Assembly: GCA_013115125.1 (NCBI GenBank)
Contig: JABANN010000159.1
Span: 1-59,086, forward strand
Source: Perkinsus olseni
Taxonomy: Eukaryota
Reading direction: 5' to 3'
Length of the DNA stretch: 59,086 nucleotides
Position 1 is the first letter of the stretch, and the number at the start of each line of letters is the position of its first letter. A program made the position numbers and the translations under genes. Below are positions 26,101 to 40,067 of this stretch, piece by piece. Under the pieces are notes generated by a model. That model ran no database searches, was not told the DNA's origin, and saw only the letters and a program-made list of their open reading frames with translations.

Positions 26101-28601
26101 GGCTGAGGCCAATAAGGACAGTGAACACCCTGAGTGAACGAGGCAGGCCATGACGCCCGGGGTGGAACTGTGCTGTTGTTGTCAGGAGAAGTACTCGTGA
26201 GACGGAGTTGAAATTCGACGCGATCGACTGCTTCGCTTCGCTCGTGGTGAGTCACATTTTTCCCTAGAAGAATCGTGTAATGGGACTGTGATGAGTAGGT
26301 TCTGTTGACGTTGGACCCCACACGGCCGTCAGAAGGAGGAGACACACCCGTGCCGATCTCGACGACGGTGGAGTACAACGCCATCCGGATGCTTCACAAG
26401 GCCCTCGAGGTACTCATGCTCTGTTGGGAAAATGCTTGTGAATGCTAAGGAATGTTTCTGAAAATGCTCAACGGGGAACGCTTCGCTCCGTCTCCACTGG
26501 TGTTGCTATTTCAGATGATCTCTCGCCACATATGGACTGACGCCAACACAAATGGCGATAAGTTCAACCAGCGGTTCTACACGAGGATGCTCTCGGAGCT
26601 CCTTCAGGTGAGGCTATCGTGGCGATTTCTGCGACGAGTCTGCCAGGATCACCGTGTACTCGGCCATTTGGATTGGTTGTGTTCAGGGTTGCCTGGATGC
26701 TCGAGTGTCTCGGGAAGTTCAGTATAAGGAAGCCTTGCGTGGCCCTCAGCCGATCGACCCTCTTAGCGAGAAGTGAGTAGTAGTTTTTCGGTCATCCTGC
26801 GGCTGCAGGGTTCAGTACTAGTGGGAAACTGTTTGTGGACTAGCAAGGATGAATAGTGAATACATTCTGTCGCGTCGGACGAATACAACTACCTAGTAGT
26901 TTCCACGAAAGGGTCAGCGTGTTCTACAGGGGGGGCCCGGGTTCGGATCCAGGGCCTACCCTATTCAGGTAGCGCTTCCCCTCAGATGTTAGATCGCGAC
27001 CGACAGCATTCCCTGCTCTTCCCGTCAGGTACTTGTGTGCTATTCTTTCGGCCTTCGCCAAGACTCTCTCTTGGGTTGGTCCCGGGCAGATCCCGCAGTT
27101 CGTTTTCGGGTGGACAGCGCTCTTCACAGACAGCAAGTTCTTCCCTCGCCTGGTACTGTCTACAAAGCGGCCGCTTTCCTTCCCACTCTACCCATCCTCG
27201 TCAGATGCAAGTCCGAGGTCAGCGAGGTTGGCTGGCGGCGTCCAGGCTCATCCAACAGCTTCTTCGTTACATAGCGCCCCAGCTGGCTAACAGCAAGGAT
27301 ACGCCACTTCAAGACGGTCTCGCTCGGAAGGTGAGTACAGCCGAGTGTGAGTATTGCGGTCATGGCTGCTGTGTGTCAGGTCCCGGAGCCCATCAAGGTT
27401 CTTTACACTGGTCTGCTGAAGATCTGGATGACAGCTATCCAGGAGGACTACCCGGAGTTCCTCTCCGACTTCCAATTTGGCCTCGTCAATGAGCTCCCCG
27501 AGAACTGCGTAGGGACTTGATCCGTTCTCCGGCAGTCGGGTCGCAGCTTGTGTGGTCCCTGCAGGTTCAGGCTAAGAACATGATCCTTTGTGCCTTCCCG
27601 AGAGGGATGAAGCTGCCTGACCCCTTCGCCTTGGACCTTCAAGTGGATACTCTCCCGGACGTACGGATAACACCACGGGTAGGGGCACCGGTCCGCTCCT
27701 TAGAGAGTGGAAGTCTTGCGCTGTTAGATGCTGTTGCCCGAGACCACCATACTGGAGCAAGCGGGCCTTCTGCAGCTTATAGACGAGTACGTCAAGGTTA
27801 GAGATCGGTCGATCCTGGAGGCGTTGAAGAAGCGCTTGCAAGGGCCTGTGGGATACAACCACACGGTCATGACGGCTCTTGTCGAGTAATTCACTGCCTA
27901 CCACAGGCGTAGCTCTCACTTTCTCTCCCCTAGGTACATCGGCATCCGCCTGCCAATTGTCTGCCCGACCTACGACCATGCTGTTAAAGTCGGTGGCAAC
28001 GTACAAGTGGAGATTCTCATGTATCTGGCCTGCCACCTTGACCCTGAGGGAAGGTCAGCCGATCTGCTGCCCTGGACTTCGTCATCACCATCTCCTTGCG
28101 CCAGATACGTTTTCCATTCGACTATCGTCAACTTCCTACGCTATCCCAACTCCCACACTCACTACTTCAGCTGCCTCATCCTGTAAGTCCCTAGACGCCT
28201 GCCGAAGCTCGGCGGTCACCACTCATTCTCAGGAACTTGTTCGGTGATGCACCGGTCGCATCGGTCCGTGAGCAGATCGCTAGGATTCTACTGGAGCGGT
28301 GAGTGGTGTGTCTTGTCTCCACTACGCCCATCGGTTGCCAACAGGTTGATCGTCCGACGCCCTCATCCCTGGGGACTGCTAATTACCTTCATTGAGCTGG
28401 TGAAGAACCCTCGGTATCGTTTCTGGGAACATCCCTTCGTAAGTCATTTCGTATCATCCTAGCTTCGACCTTGGATTCGCTGTGCAGATGCAAAACCCCG
28501 ACATCGAGAAGCTCTTCCGCACGGTCGCCATGACGTGTGTGGCAACTCTTCCTCCCCCGAGCCCCCAACAGGCGGGCTCCGTCCCTCCCAGCCGGGCCTA
28601 A
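20137..28601 (+). CDS. NOT1: CCR4-NOT complex scaffold subunit 1 (many exons)
   Basis: [14 protein letters not shown] (TTP-binding region), [16 protein letters not shown] and PPNPW (CAF1-binding MIF4G), LALVTCREPLR (DUF3819), [13 protein letters not shown] and [23 protein letters not shown] (Not1 C-terminal). Confidence 0.95.
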
Positions 28602-28916
28602 ATTGCCAAGGCTCCCGTCGAACAGTCAGGCCAGGCCTGCTGGCGGCGAGTTGACAAGTTCGTAAAAATACGATTACTGTACACTTATGAAGGACAGAAT
28701 AGTTGTCCTCTTACTTTCTTTTTCCGTAGTAGAATGATAGATGGGTCGGTGTAGTGGTAGTCCCATCTTCCCACTAACGCCACCATCCACTGATTACCAG
28801 AGATACCTCTGTCAGAGTTGCCAACGCTTACTCTATACGCTTTATTTTCTATACTAAACTTCGCAGTGTAGCGTTGGTCACCGGCTAGGGCGTTCGGGTC
28901 AGCTCATATTTCCTTA

Positions 28917-30927
28917 ATGGCGGCCATTGAGCTGGACAGGGCCCTCGGCGCTAACCACTCGAGTGAGTGCAGAAGTCTCTGCGCCTGGATAACTGACGAT
29001 AAGTACGTCACCGCCATGGGAGGGGCCGTATGCTTGCAAGCCGCGGATGACTCGCAGGAGCCGCAGCAGTTCCTGCCGGGAGCCTTCAATATGAAGTGTA
29101 GCTGCCTGGCCGTGGGTAATAGAGAAGGGGGTGGCTTCGTGGCCGCGGGCTTCGTTTCGGACCAAGCAGATGTGCTCATCTGGCGCGACGGTGAGCTCGT
29201 CTCGCGCCTGGAGGAGCATGATGAAGCTGTCACTTGCCTGGCCTTCACGTGTGATGACAGGTTTGTGGTTAGTACGGGTGGGATGGGTGACCAGAGACTC
29301 TTCGTATGGGACTGCGAGAAGGGGCTTGCCGTTACCTGTCGCTCGCTGGCAACCTTGGTTCCGGTGAAGGCGGTAGTGCAAGGGGGGTTCGTGAAGGACG
29401 TGAAGCGGCGGAACACCAGCATTTACCAGCTGGCCAGCTGCGGTGGGCGCAATGTCACCGTCTGGGAGTTCAACGATGAGGCCCAGAGCATCGCCCCGGT
29501 GTCCATATCCCCTAGCGGAAAGCAGACGAGGTCGTTCGAATGCCTTTGCTTCTCTGCCGACTACGAGCTGCTTTTTGTCGGTACTTCCTCGGGTGACATT
29601 GCGGTGGTGAAGATGCGTAATAGGGTGGTCCAGGGCTTTTCGGAGCCAGTCGGGGCCGGCGGGATTTTCTCCTTGGCCTACGTTGCCCCTGCTGGAGAGT
29701 CCCCTGTCGTCCTGGCTGCCAGCGGAGATGGTAGTATCACGCTCTTCTCGTGTGTGTTAACGGAACTGCGGCAACTAAAGCGAGTGGTGATGGACTCAGG
29801 AGCGGTGGTAGGGTTGTCAGTGGGCCGAAAGGGACAGCTTTTGTGTGCATCGACGACGGGCAGTACCTGGCTGCTGTGGCCTGCGAAGGATATGGCGCAC
29901 GCCCTGGTTCAGGAGAACACCGTGGCTCCTTTGGAGGCTGTAGCTTACCCCATGCCAGACGTGAGCACCGAGTTCGCGGTGGGCGACGCTTCGGGTGTCG
30001 TCACGCTATGGAGTTGCGACGGTACCTCGTACAGCGTCATCATGCGCCTGGCCCCTCGACCGACCTCTAGCAGCCCTCTGGCCGGAGTCACTTGTCTGCA
30101 GTATCTAGGGCGGGCCGGCCTCGTCGTAGCGGGACATAGGGATGGACTCTTGCGCAGCTGGAACTGCGCTGGGGAGAGTGGTGCACTGCTGTGGACTATC
30201 GACACCACCACTACCCGAGGCAGGACCAACAGGGCGAGTGATGTTGGTTCCCTAGCTCTGTCGAGTAATGGTCGCTTCGTTGTCACTGGCGGAGGGGAGG
30301 GCGAGGTGAGGGTTTGGGAGATGAAGTCGAAGGAGATGGTATGTGGCCTGAAGGAGCACACCTCTCGAGTGAATTCATTGAAGCTGTTCTCTAACGACCA
30401 GTACTGTGTGTCGGGCAGTAGAGACAGATGCCTGCTCACGTTCGACTTGAGGGCTGAGAAGAGGATCACGTGCCATAGGGAGAGGCATGGCGGCATTGAC
30501 TGCCTGGCCGTGGGTAGCGATGACAATATTGTAGTCACCGGCGGCAAGGAGAAGCACTTGACCTTCTGGGACCTGAGGCAACCTGAACCAATCAGGGTGG
30601 TATCGGCCGGGCCAGGCGATGAGTTGAGGGCCCTGAGCTACTATGATGACGGCAAGGGAGGACTTTTGGCTTCGGGTAAGTTCGATAGTGTCTGACGTAG
30701 TGCGGCAGTCGCCTCTTCTCTTAGGCGGTACAGGGAGTATTGTGAAGCTGTGGGACATGGGGTCCGGCCGTCTAGTGTGTAGCCACTCGGAGGAGCCTCG
30801 TCACAGCGCATGCATCAACGACCTCAGCTTCAGTCCTGATGGCAAGCAGCTGATCTCCGTAGGAGCCGACCATTGCGTGATGGTGTGGAACGTGTACCCT
30901 GCTGACCATGAGGCGTCGGGGGCATGA
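28917..30927 (+). CDS. WD40-repeat protein, CFAP52/WDR16-like
   Basis: Many WD repeats (LKEHTSRVNSLKL, VSGSRDRCLLTFDL, FSPDGKQLISVGADHCVMVWN). One intron at 30676-30724. N-terminal LDRALG resembles CFAP52. Confidence 0.85.
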
Positions 30928-31114
30928 GTGATGCTAATTAACATGCTGGTGGACGCCTTCGGTTTGCGTTAGTCGTCGAAGAGATGCGGGATACGTGCTT
31001 CCTGGGGTAATGGGCTCCTCTCAATGGCATTATTGTTTTATGGGACTGGACACCAGATTGGTAGGTCTTGGTCTCGCGGATGATGATTGTGCTTTGTAAT
31101 AGTCTAGTCGTCTT

Positions 31115-32998
31115 ATGTCTGGTAGTAGCATCAGGAGCTGGTGGCATAGGGGAGGTGGTGCGGCGTCGTCGTCATCATCATCTTCGGCGAGGTTCACAGG
31201 GCGGATAGTGCGGACACCGCGAGGAGGTGGACGAAGAATGCAGCAAGTCGGGTCGATACGGGACAGGCTTGACGTAGGGGGTTGTGAGTGTGGTAGTTAC
31301 AAAAGGCGTCTTAGCGGAGCGAAGCGACACATGTTTACCATATTTGCCGCCTCAGGTGGGATTTATAGAAGCCATATCACGTCGTAATCCCCGACTTTCA
31401 CAAGAGTGGAATCTGTCACCAGAAAGGCTCGCCGAGTCGCCCAGCGAGCTCCCCGCCAAACGTCGGCGGTCCTCTGAAGTATCCTACATTGATCTTATGG
31501 ACGCGACTCAGAAGGATATGAGAACGCCCCCACAGAGGGAGAGTGAGGGTAGTGGCCCATCAGCGCCTAGTAGATTCCTTCTGGGGGTATCATCGGGCTG
31601 AGCAGTGGGCAATGGACCGCCTACCTGCTCCGCCTAACGATTGAGGATAGAGGCTTTTGGACTTGTGTTATCTCTGCAGGTCAACAGCACTCCTCAGAAT
31701 GGCCGTCAGCAGCAGCAGCAGCAGCAGCAGCTCCTGAAGATGCAGGCTGCATAGAGTGTGCGATATGCCTATGCCCTGCGGAGGCCGGTGCAATGGTTGG
31801 TACGCTACATGCCGGGCCCTCCACCTCCAAGCCCAGCTGCCCTCACCGTTTCTGCTTCGATTGCATCTTCAAGTGGTCCAAGGCCACGAACCTCTGCCCT
31901 CTGTGCAAGGGAAGGTTTGGGTGCATACGAAAGCACAAGGTGGTCCACGGCGACACAACTCGGTGGGAATCGTTTCTTTCTCGACATTTCCCGCCATGGT
32001 CGTCCTTACAGTCCCATAGAAGGCCCTTTGGGACTCGTCCGTGTGAAGAAGAAGGATATGAGGCCCGAGGACTTCGTGACCCCTCCTGGCGGAGACGCAG
32101 ATCTCCGGCAGCTATACAACGACCTGGTCTGTGAGGTGCGACCGGGGCGCTAGGGAACTATCCTTATTCCTATTGAATTTGGTACGTATCGCAGAGGATG
32201 TGTGATAGCGATGGCTGCAGGTGTGCCGGGAAGGGACCGCTGAGAATGCCCTCCTCATCTGTGAGATGTGCGAAAGAGGCTATCACACTTTCTGTCTGCG
32301 CCCGCGGCTCACCACGGTCCCTCTGGACGACTGGTGAGTGTGAAGTGGAGAGCTCTTCTACGTGTTGGGGCTCTCGATTTCACAGGTTCTGTTTGGACTG
32401 CCAGCAGGCGATCCTCGACTCTCAGGAGACGTCTCCGCCGATCCGACGATCCCTCAGACTGCAGCGGCTAAGCTCGACCAGCGGCAGCTCCGCCAGACCA
32501 ATTGAATGCGAATCTTCATCTTCCTCGTCCACCTCATCCTCCTCTTCTTCTGTTACTGAGGAGCAGTCCCCTATAGCTCGCCGCACCCGTTCTTCCCTGA
32601 GACGGGGTGGCCGGCCAGTGGTCGCGAGGCGGCGGCTTCGACGTGGTTTGAGGGCGTCAGTTGCCAGCGAGGGCTCCTGTGGACAGCAGGAATCTCCAGC
32701 CTGTGGCGGTTTCACGGTTGAAGACTTCGTTCGGTCTCACCTACGACGACAATCGGGCAGTATCTCCAGCGTTCGACTCAGCCGAGGCAACGGCCGAACT
32801 ATTGTCCTGGACGCCTCGCAAGGGATACCGGACGACAGGCCCCGCGGGGAGGATCGGAGGAGACGCAGCTGGGAGGAAGCCTCCCGCAGTGGCAGCGAGC
32901 GGGGGTCGCTGAGTACGGCTGAGGGTTTGAATACTCGCATGCTGCGGGCGGCGCACGTGCTGAAGCGAAACCGCCGCTTCAGTGGAAGGAGCGGCTAG
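31115..32998 (+). CDS. RING finger + PHD finger protein (PHRF1/SCAF11-like architecture)
   Basis: CAICL...CPHRFCFDCIFKWSKATNLCPLCK (RING) and CEVC...LLICEMCERGYHTFCL...PLDDWFCLDC (PHD), then a Ser/Arg-rich tail. Start uncertain. Confidence 0.85.
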
Positions 32999-33161
32999 GC
33001 TGGAAGATCGGGGTAGGAATTATAACTAACATACTGTTGGTTGCAAAGGCACATGAAATGCATCTGGACATGGAGTGAGTTTTGCGTCAGTTGTGTCGTC
33101 AATATGCAGGGTGTGGGAATCGAACCCGCGACCTAGGGCATTTTTGATTCCGCCCCCCCAG

Positions 33162-36100
33162 ATGGACCTTTCTCCACCAGCCGTCAAACGTCTACGTACC
33201 TGTGCCGGCCTCGATCCGAATCTGGCCGAGGAGTGCAAGCGGAAACCCGTGCCCGCCGATGCCTTGACTAACTCTCTGGCATTCATGCAAGTGAGATCGT
33301 ATGCTGCCCCGTGCCCTCTACTTTTGAATTTCGTGGCGCGGTGACGCTGGAGTTGCTCAGGTCGATGTGGACAACTATTCGGCTGCTCCGCGAGCATGCG
33401 ATCCGATTCAAAATGGAGAAGTACCCGTGATCCGAATGTGAGCTTGTATCTCCGTTAAGGCGCTCCGTCTTATACCTAGTCGCGCGACCGATATCATCGT
33501 GCATTATCGTGCAAATGATCTCTATGACAACGGCCGTTCTGTCATGAATTAGTGGGCATTTCGTCAGTTTCCCCAGTGAAAAGTCTGAGCATTTCATAAA
33601 GCATTAGAATTCGCAGACCGGCCCGTACGTGGAGATCGTCGTCCTTCACGCCAGTCTCGAGAATTTGTCCGCACAATATGCAGTGTCTTCAACTGCCCCC
33701 ACGAGATCGAGCCCATACTACCAGATAGCTCGCTGGGTGGTTAGTCGAATCGACTACTGCGCAGGTTCGGAGTGACTGCTGCGGGCAATTCACTCATGTG
33801 CCACATCCACGGTTTCCTGCCCTACTTCTACTGTCCGAGGCCTGATCAGACTGTGGACTGCGAACGCTTTCAAGCTCGTCTTGAGTCTGCTCTCCGAGGA
33901 TCTCAGACAGCCTCTGGGACCCGATGCAAGCAACTGGTCACCGGCGTCGAGGTAGACCTCGCTGACTCTTCCCTGGACCGAAAATGTTTGTCAGATCGTC
34001 GTAAGAGAGAACCTCATGGGGTGGACCGGTCGGAACACTGCAAGCGAATACTTCCGAGTCACTGTGGCGCTGCCCAAGTTCATATCAACATCCCGCGGAG
34101 TCCTCGAGAGGGGCATCCCTGTCTTGCAAGGTTCAACCTTGGATACGCTTGATGACCTCGCTCAGCATCCTTGTGCGATCAGGGGACGCCCTATGGAGTT
34201 GCACGACCTTCGAGACTAACATCCCCTACCCTCTCCGCTTCATGATCGACAATGATATCGGCGGCGGCTCCTGGGTAACCCAGCATGGACACCAGTCCGG
34301 TCTGATCTCGTCGTCCTCAGGTTGAACTCCCAGCCGGAGCATACACTCCACGTACGGACAGCGAAAGGGTGAGTACTTGCCAGATAGAAGTGGACGTGCC
34401 GGACTATCGGCAGATCATAGGGCACATGGCCGAAGGTACGATGAGGTTGGCTATAGCGTCGTTGCTGTAGCCGGGCCGTTGCTGTAGGCGACTGGATGGC
34501 CCTTGCCCCGCTGAGGATCCTCTCCTTTGACATCGAGTGCGTCTCTGAGCACGGGAAGGGCTTCCCCACGCCCGACGTAGCACCGGTCATCCAGATAGCT
34601 GCGGTGATGCAGGAGGGAAGTAAGCAGCATGCTCGGTAGCACGACTCCACCAGTGGGAACTCTGCTTCAGCTGAGCAGAAACACAAGATCGTCTGGACTC
34701 TGGACACATGTGCGGACATCGCCGACGCCACGGTGGTGTCCTTCGAGAGCGAGAGGGACCTCCTGTCCAACTTCCAGCAGTGAGCATGGGCCTCTCCCTT
34801 GGCTGTGCTCCGCTTCGTCGCATGCTCCCAGTAGGGTCGTAGTACTGGCTTGCAGGTACATGGTCCTGGTCGACCCTGATGTCATTACTGGCTACAACAT
34901 CATCAACTTCGATCTGCCTTACCTCTTGGATCGATCAGCTCATCTCAAGGTACTATCAATTTTGCTTGCATAGCGTTGTGAGACTGAATGCCAGGTCCAC
35001 CCGCCGTTCGAGTATCTCGGCCGCTTGAAAGGCGTGGCCTCGAAAGTGAAGGATTCGGTGTTCGAGAGTCGGGCCTTGGGACGACGAGAGAACAAGGACA
35101 TCAATATTGAAGGGAGAGTCCAGTTCGACATGCTGGTGAGTGGGTCTTGCGCAATGCTCAGCGTCAAGGGAGGGTGGGGTAGAAGGGAGGACGAGCCTGA
35201 GCATATCCGCACTACTCGGAACCGAGCAATCTGTCCACGCTACGATGGTGCGTGGGTAACCTCGAGGAGAAAGTCTGTATCATTGACCTAGCGAATTCTC
35301 GCCTCGAATAGCATCGCAGTTTTAATTCGATCGCGTTGTGACGGCTCTGGTCGACCTTGTATTGATCGTAGTTCGATCGCGGTGGTGGTGACTGCCGTTC
35401 GATGGCCCGCAGATAGTTATGCAGCGAGAGCACAAACTGAGAAGCTACTCCCTCAATGCGGTCTCCGCTGAGTTCCTGGGAGAACAGAAAGAAGATGTTC
35501 ACTACTCCATTATCGGCGACCTTCAGAAGGGAACTCCGGAGACACGCAAGCGGCTAGCGGTCTACTGCCTGAAGGACTCCTTGCTGCCTCTTAGGCTGAT
35601 GAATAAACTTGTGTGCATGTAAGTCGACCTAACTTCGGGTTCAGCATCACGTCCTCGTGCGCCCGAAGACACACTCTGTCGTTCTGAAGGTCGCGTCTTC
35701 CCGTGGTGTGTCGATTCTCCACCGGTTGCGTCGGTGGGGACTTCTAGCCGGGAGAGCCCTCATGTCTAAGCGTGATTATCCGGTTTTCAGGTACAACTAC
35801 ACGGAGATGGCTCGGGTTACGGGTGTCCCGATCAATTACCTCCTGACGAGGGGGCAGATGATCAAAGTGGCGTCACAGCTCTTCAGAAAAGTAAGGCGTC
35901 TCTTACCTCTCGAAGCCGCTTGGCAACACCTATCAGGCACGGTCGCACGGCTACGTCATTCCAGCGCAGAAGTCCCCACCCGGCGGCGAGTTCGAGGGCG
36001 CCACCGTGAGTGAATACCACTCTTTTCGTAGCACATGGACGGTGATGGTGGTCAGGTCCTGGACCCCACCACGGGCTTCTACACAAACCCAATCGCAACT

Positions 36101-38792
36101 CTTGATTTCGCATCACTGTACCCGAGTATCATGCAAGCACACAACCTGTGTTACTCTACTCTGGTGCAGCCATCTGTAGCACAGAGGGAGGGCCTGACGG
36201 AGGGAGAGGAAGGCGATGTGAGTTCGCTCTCAGTCTAGTGTAGCTACACGATGCTCGCTGGCAGGTCACTCGTACTCCTTGCGGTCACCTCTTTGTGAAA
36301 CAGGGTGTTCGGAAGGGTCTTCTGCCAATGGTTCTGGAGGAGCTGCTGCAGGCTAGGAAGCGAGCTAAAAAGGAGATGGCCCAGGCTACGGATCCCCTCA
36401 AGAAAATGGTCAGTCCGAAGGGTCTTGCCTCTAGTCTTCGCTAAGCCCCTCTAGCTCGAACCCGAGCATCAACAGCATTTCGGGGGCAAAGACGGACGTA
36501 TTGCGGCGCTCCGATTCGGCTCTCAGCGTGGCTGACAAGTCGAGTATCTTTTTATCTTGGCAGTGCGGATTGGCCTCCTCCTCCTCCTCCTCGCTTTCCC
36601 TTAGGTCCTCAATGGCCGTCAGCTAGCGTTGAAAGTATCGGCCAACTCGGTCTATGGCTTCACCGGCGCCACCGTAGGAATGATGCCGTGCCTGGAGATC
36701 AGCAGCAGCGTCACAGCGTTCGGTCGGCAGATGATCGAACATACCAAAACTTTAGTGGAGCAAAAGTAAGGCTTCCCGGGTGTTCATTCTGACAAGGCAG
36801 ACAACGGTCCGCTATCATCACCATGTGCTTCCCTCTCGGGAACTGTGCTCCCCAGTGCTGCACCTCTGTGGTTCTCGTGAGCATCCACGATAATCACAGC
36901 ACTCAACTTGCACGCATACCGTCTCGAGGCCGCCGTGTTCAACTTCCTCCCTACTGCCCCTCACCTTTCCATCCAGGTATCGTGTGGAGAACGGCTACGC
37001 CCACGACGCTTCGGTCATCTACGGCGATACCGATTCTGTTTTTGTCAAGTTTGGGTGCGACACTGTGGAAGAAGCCATGAAGCTCGGACAGGAGGCAGCG
37101 GCTTACGTCTCGACCACTTTCATCGATCCGATCAAGCTCGAGTTCGAGAAGGTATCAATAAGGGAATCTTAGGTTGATGCATGCTCGGTATTTTTCTGGT
37201 CAGGTCTACTTTCCGTACTTGCTCATGAACAAGAAGCGCTACGCCGGGCTCTATTGGACCAATCCCGTGAAGGCAGACAAACTGGACGCTAAAGGTGCGG
37301 AGACGCTCGCTTACCCAATCGTACCTATTATCGCCTGCACGCCGAGTTTCGGACTGCTGTAGCGTTGGTGGCCGCCTCAGGTATCGAGACCGTGAGGAGA
37401 GACAACTGTGAGCTGGTTAAAGTGGTAGTAGAGAACACGCTGAACATCATACTGAAGGAGAACTCCTTGGAGCGTGCCATAGCGTAGGCTGCGCTTTGCT
37501 CTGGCAGTAGCATGTGGCTGATTAGCACCTCCACGAAAACGGTCTCTCGTTACGAGCTCGAGTCTTGCAGGTTCATTCGGAAGACGCTGTCGGAGCTTCT
37601 ACAAAATAAGGTCGATATGTCAATGCTTGTCATATCAAAATCCTTGGCGAAAGGCATGGAGGACGTAGCAATCGATTCCCGCTTAATAATCACCACGGTG
37701 TGTCTCCTCCACAGGGCGCGTATGCAGCCAAGCAGGCGCACGTGGAGCTGGCCAAACGAATGGCTCAGCGTGATCCAGGGAACGCCCCAGCGATTGGAGA
37801 CCGGATACAGTAGGTCATTTTTCGTCAATCCACTATGCGAAGGAAGGGTCTATGCGGTTCGGTGGTCTTTACGAGAGGCCCTGGCAACTTAACAGGCGGA
37901 GCGAAGCAACTATTCAGGTATGTTATTATCAAGGCTCCCAAAGGTGTAGCACAATACGAGAAGGCTGAGGACCCTCTTTACGTAGCCACGGCTGGTCGAG
38001 GCCTGTGGCGTGGAGTTCTTGGCTTCAGGCGGTAGAAAACAACATTCCAGTAGACGGCCAGCATTACATCGATCATCAGCTGAAGCAGCCTTTGATGCGG
38101 ATTTTCGAGAATATCCTCCCCAATGCAGAATCAGTGCTCTTCTCGGGCGAGCACATGCGAAAGGTGGGCTAAGCCGGGCTTGTGGTTGGGTGGCCTGCTG
38201 ACGTGAGCCCCCGCCGCCTAGCTCATTTCCTTAAGAGAATTCGCAGTCTTCTCTCACTTAGCAGTGCCTTCCGCACCAATCGGTTGTACAAAACACCCTC
38301 CAGCGGCGAGGCCCGGCTCATGCTTCCCACTGTAGGTGTTCCAGTCGGCACCCTCCGCTACCGGTGGTCTCTCAATGTTTCTCAAGAAGACACACAAGTG
38401 CTTGTCATGCAAGGCCGTGCTGAAAGATGGCCATGGCGGTGCCTTGTGCCAGCACTGCAAGAACGCTAAGGAGGGGCAGGTAGGAGGGCACTCAGCGCCT
38501 CTGCCGCTGCAGTATCATGAGCCTGCCTTCAGGTTGTTATTGAGAAGACCAACGAGCTGCGGGCCTTGGAGGTGCAGTTCTCGCGGCTGTGGAGCGAGTG
38601 TCAGCGATGTCAAGGAAGTGTCGAGCAGGACGTTATTTGCACATCGAGGGACTGTCCGGTCTTCTATCGCCGTGCCAAGGTAGAGCTAGGTTGTTTCTAA
38701 GGTTGATCAGCGTCTGCGGCATGTAGGTTCGGAAAGATGCTGCACGAGCAGCCGATGCTGTGAGCCGCTTGAGGGAAGCGATTGACTGGTAG
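33162..38792 (+). CDS. POLD1: DNA polymerase delta catalytic subunit
   Basis: LSFDIEC (ExoI), [62 protein letters not shown], and C-terminal CysA/CysB. A short upstream exon (ATG 33070) is possible. Confidence 0.97.
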
Positions 38793-39674
38793 AGGACGTA
38801 ACTCCCACGATGAACTAATACTTTTGTGCATTCTATACGAGATGCTGTTGATTTCAAAATCCAATGCGGGAATACACTCGGGCGTTAAGACATGGCGGCG
38901 AAGCAATACTAGACGGTAAAGCAGCATGTCATGCTAAGAGACCCCAAGGGCGCATCGCAGTAGTTAACAGCCTGGTTTAGGGGAGAAACGTTCTCAGTGG
39001 ACCATTGCGGCGCCGAACTATCGAGCCGAGCATGCGCCTGCACAGCAGCGAAGAGAATCTATGGTAGCTCCCTGATAAGGTTGTGAAGGGGGCCGAGGTA
39101 AGATTCTTTAACTCCCTATTCAATGCAACTTGAGTGTCCAGCTTCTGTTGAAGAGTAGTCGAACTGTATGTCCTGGGACATGACGCCCTGCGTTGAGCTC
39201 TCTCCAGCACTACGTAGCACAGGCCTTCGCGCCGACCACGCGAGACTAAGCGGTGATGTGAACGATACACGAGCGTAGAAGTGAGTTGCTATGAAGGCAG
39301 TCGTCTCCCTAAGAAGAAAGAAATGGGTGGGGCTAGGATGCTCCTACTGTGGCTGTTCATGCGGGGACAGCTGTGTGACGTGACACTGTAGCCATGTTTC
39401 CGCTTTACACTAGAAGCAACCTCGCTGTGGATTGTGGAGATCTCCGACCATCAATGCTTGTTAGACCCGCAACCATAAATTATGGCATAGAACCGGTGCC
39501 TGACGGATAGCAGGCGCTCGCCTCCAATATTTCCCACTGTATTCTCGGTACGCATGCCCTGTCTCCCAGCGCACGCACGCTCAATTTTTTGTTCCTCGGC
39601 GAAGGAACACTCTGGCTGGTAGCACATTCACCGTCTTCCCAAGCCGTGTATTCAGGATACCATACGTACTCATC

Positions 39675-40067
39675 ATGACTAGACTCTGTCTCTTAGCCTC
39701 GGTCGCTGTGGCACTCGTCTCGGCGGACAACCAGTGCAGCCCTGCCGATCTCGACATCATCACGAAGCGCGATAACTTCAATGAATTCGTGTACGGCTGT
39801 GCCGTGAAGAAGTTGGGTGATGGAGACCGCACTGCCAGGTGTGTGAGAGATGGCTGCGGCATATCGTCTGCTTGTGCCGACTGCTACGGCCTGTACACCA
39901 AGTGCGGTCGAAGCTGTGCAGGGAAGTGTGTAATCGCTGGCAGACCGAGTGACCATGCTTGCCAAGATTGCGTTGAGTCCATGTCTTGCGGCAGTGAACT
40001 CGCTGCGTGCACCGGTGTAAGCGAGCCGCCTTCGCCCCCGTCAAGCCGCAGCAATCAGTGCAACTAG
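39675..40067 (+). CDS. Small secreted 14-Cys protein, paralog 1
   Basis: Intronless; 17-aa signal peptide; 113-aa mature region with 14 Cys; gapless alignment to 40963-41352. Confidence 0.9.
   Translation: MTRLCLLASVAVALVSADNQCSPADLDIITKRDNFNEFVYGCAVKKLGDGDRTARCVRDGCGISSACADCYGLYTKCGRSCAGKCVIAGRPSDHACQDCVESMSCGSELAACTGVSEPPSPPSSRSNQCN

Noticed and set aside
33106-33136. tRNA-like 3' half on the minus strand (AGGTCGCGGGTTCGATTCCCACACCCTGCA)
   Set aside because: No matching 5' acceptor strand, D arm or anticodon arm; the T stem has a mismatch; it overlaps a plausible POLD1 5' exon. tRNAscan-SE would settle it.
33509-33592. Possible box C/D snoRNA in a long POLD1 intron (gtgc aaATGATC ... CTGA gcat)
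   Set aside because: Box C is non-canonical and no convincing rRNA guide complementarity could be established by eye.
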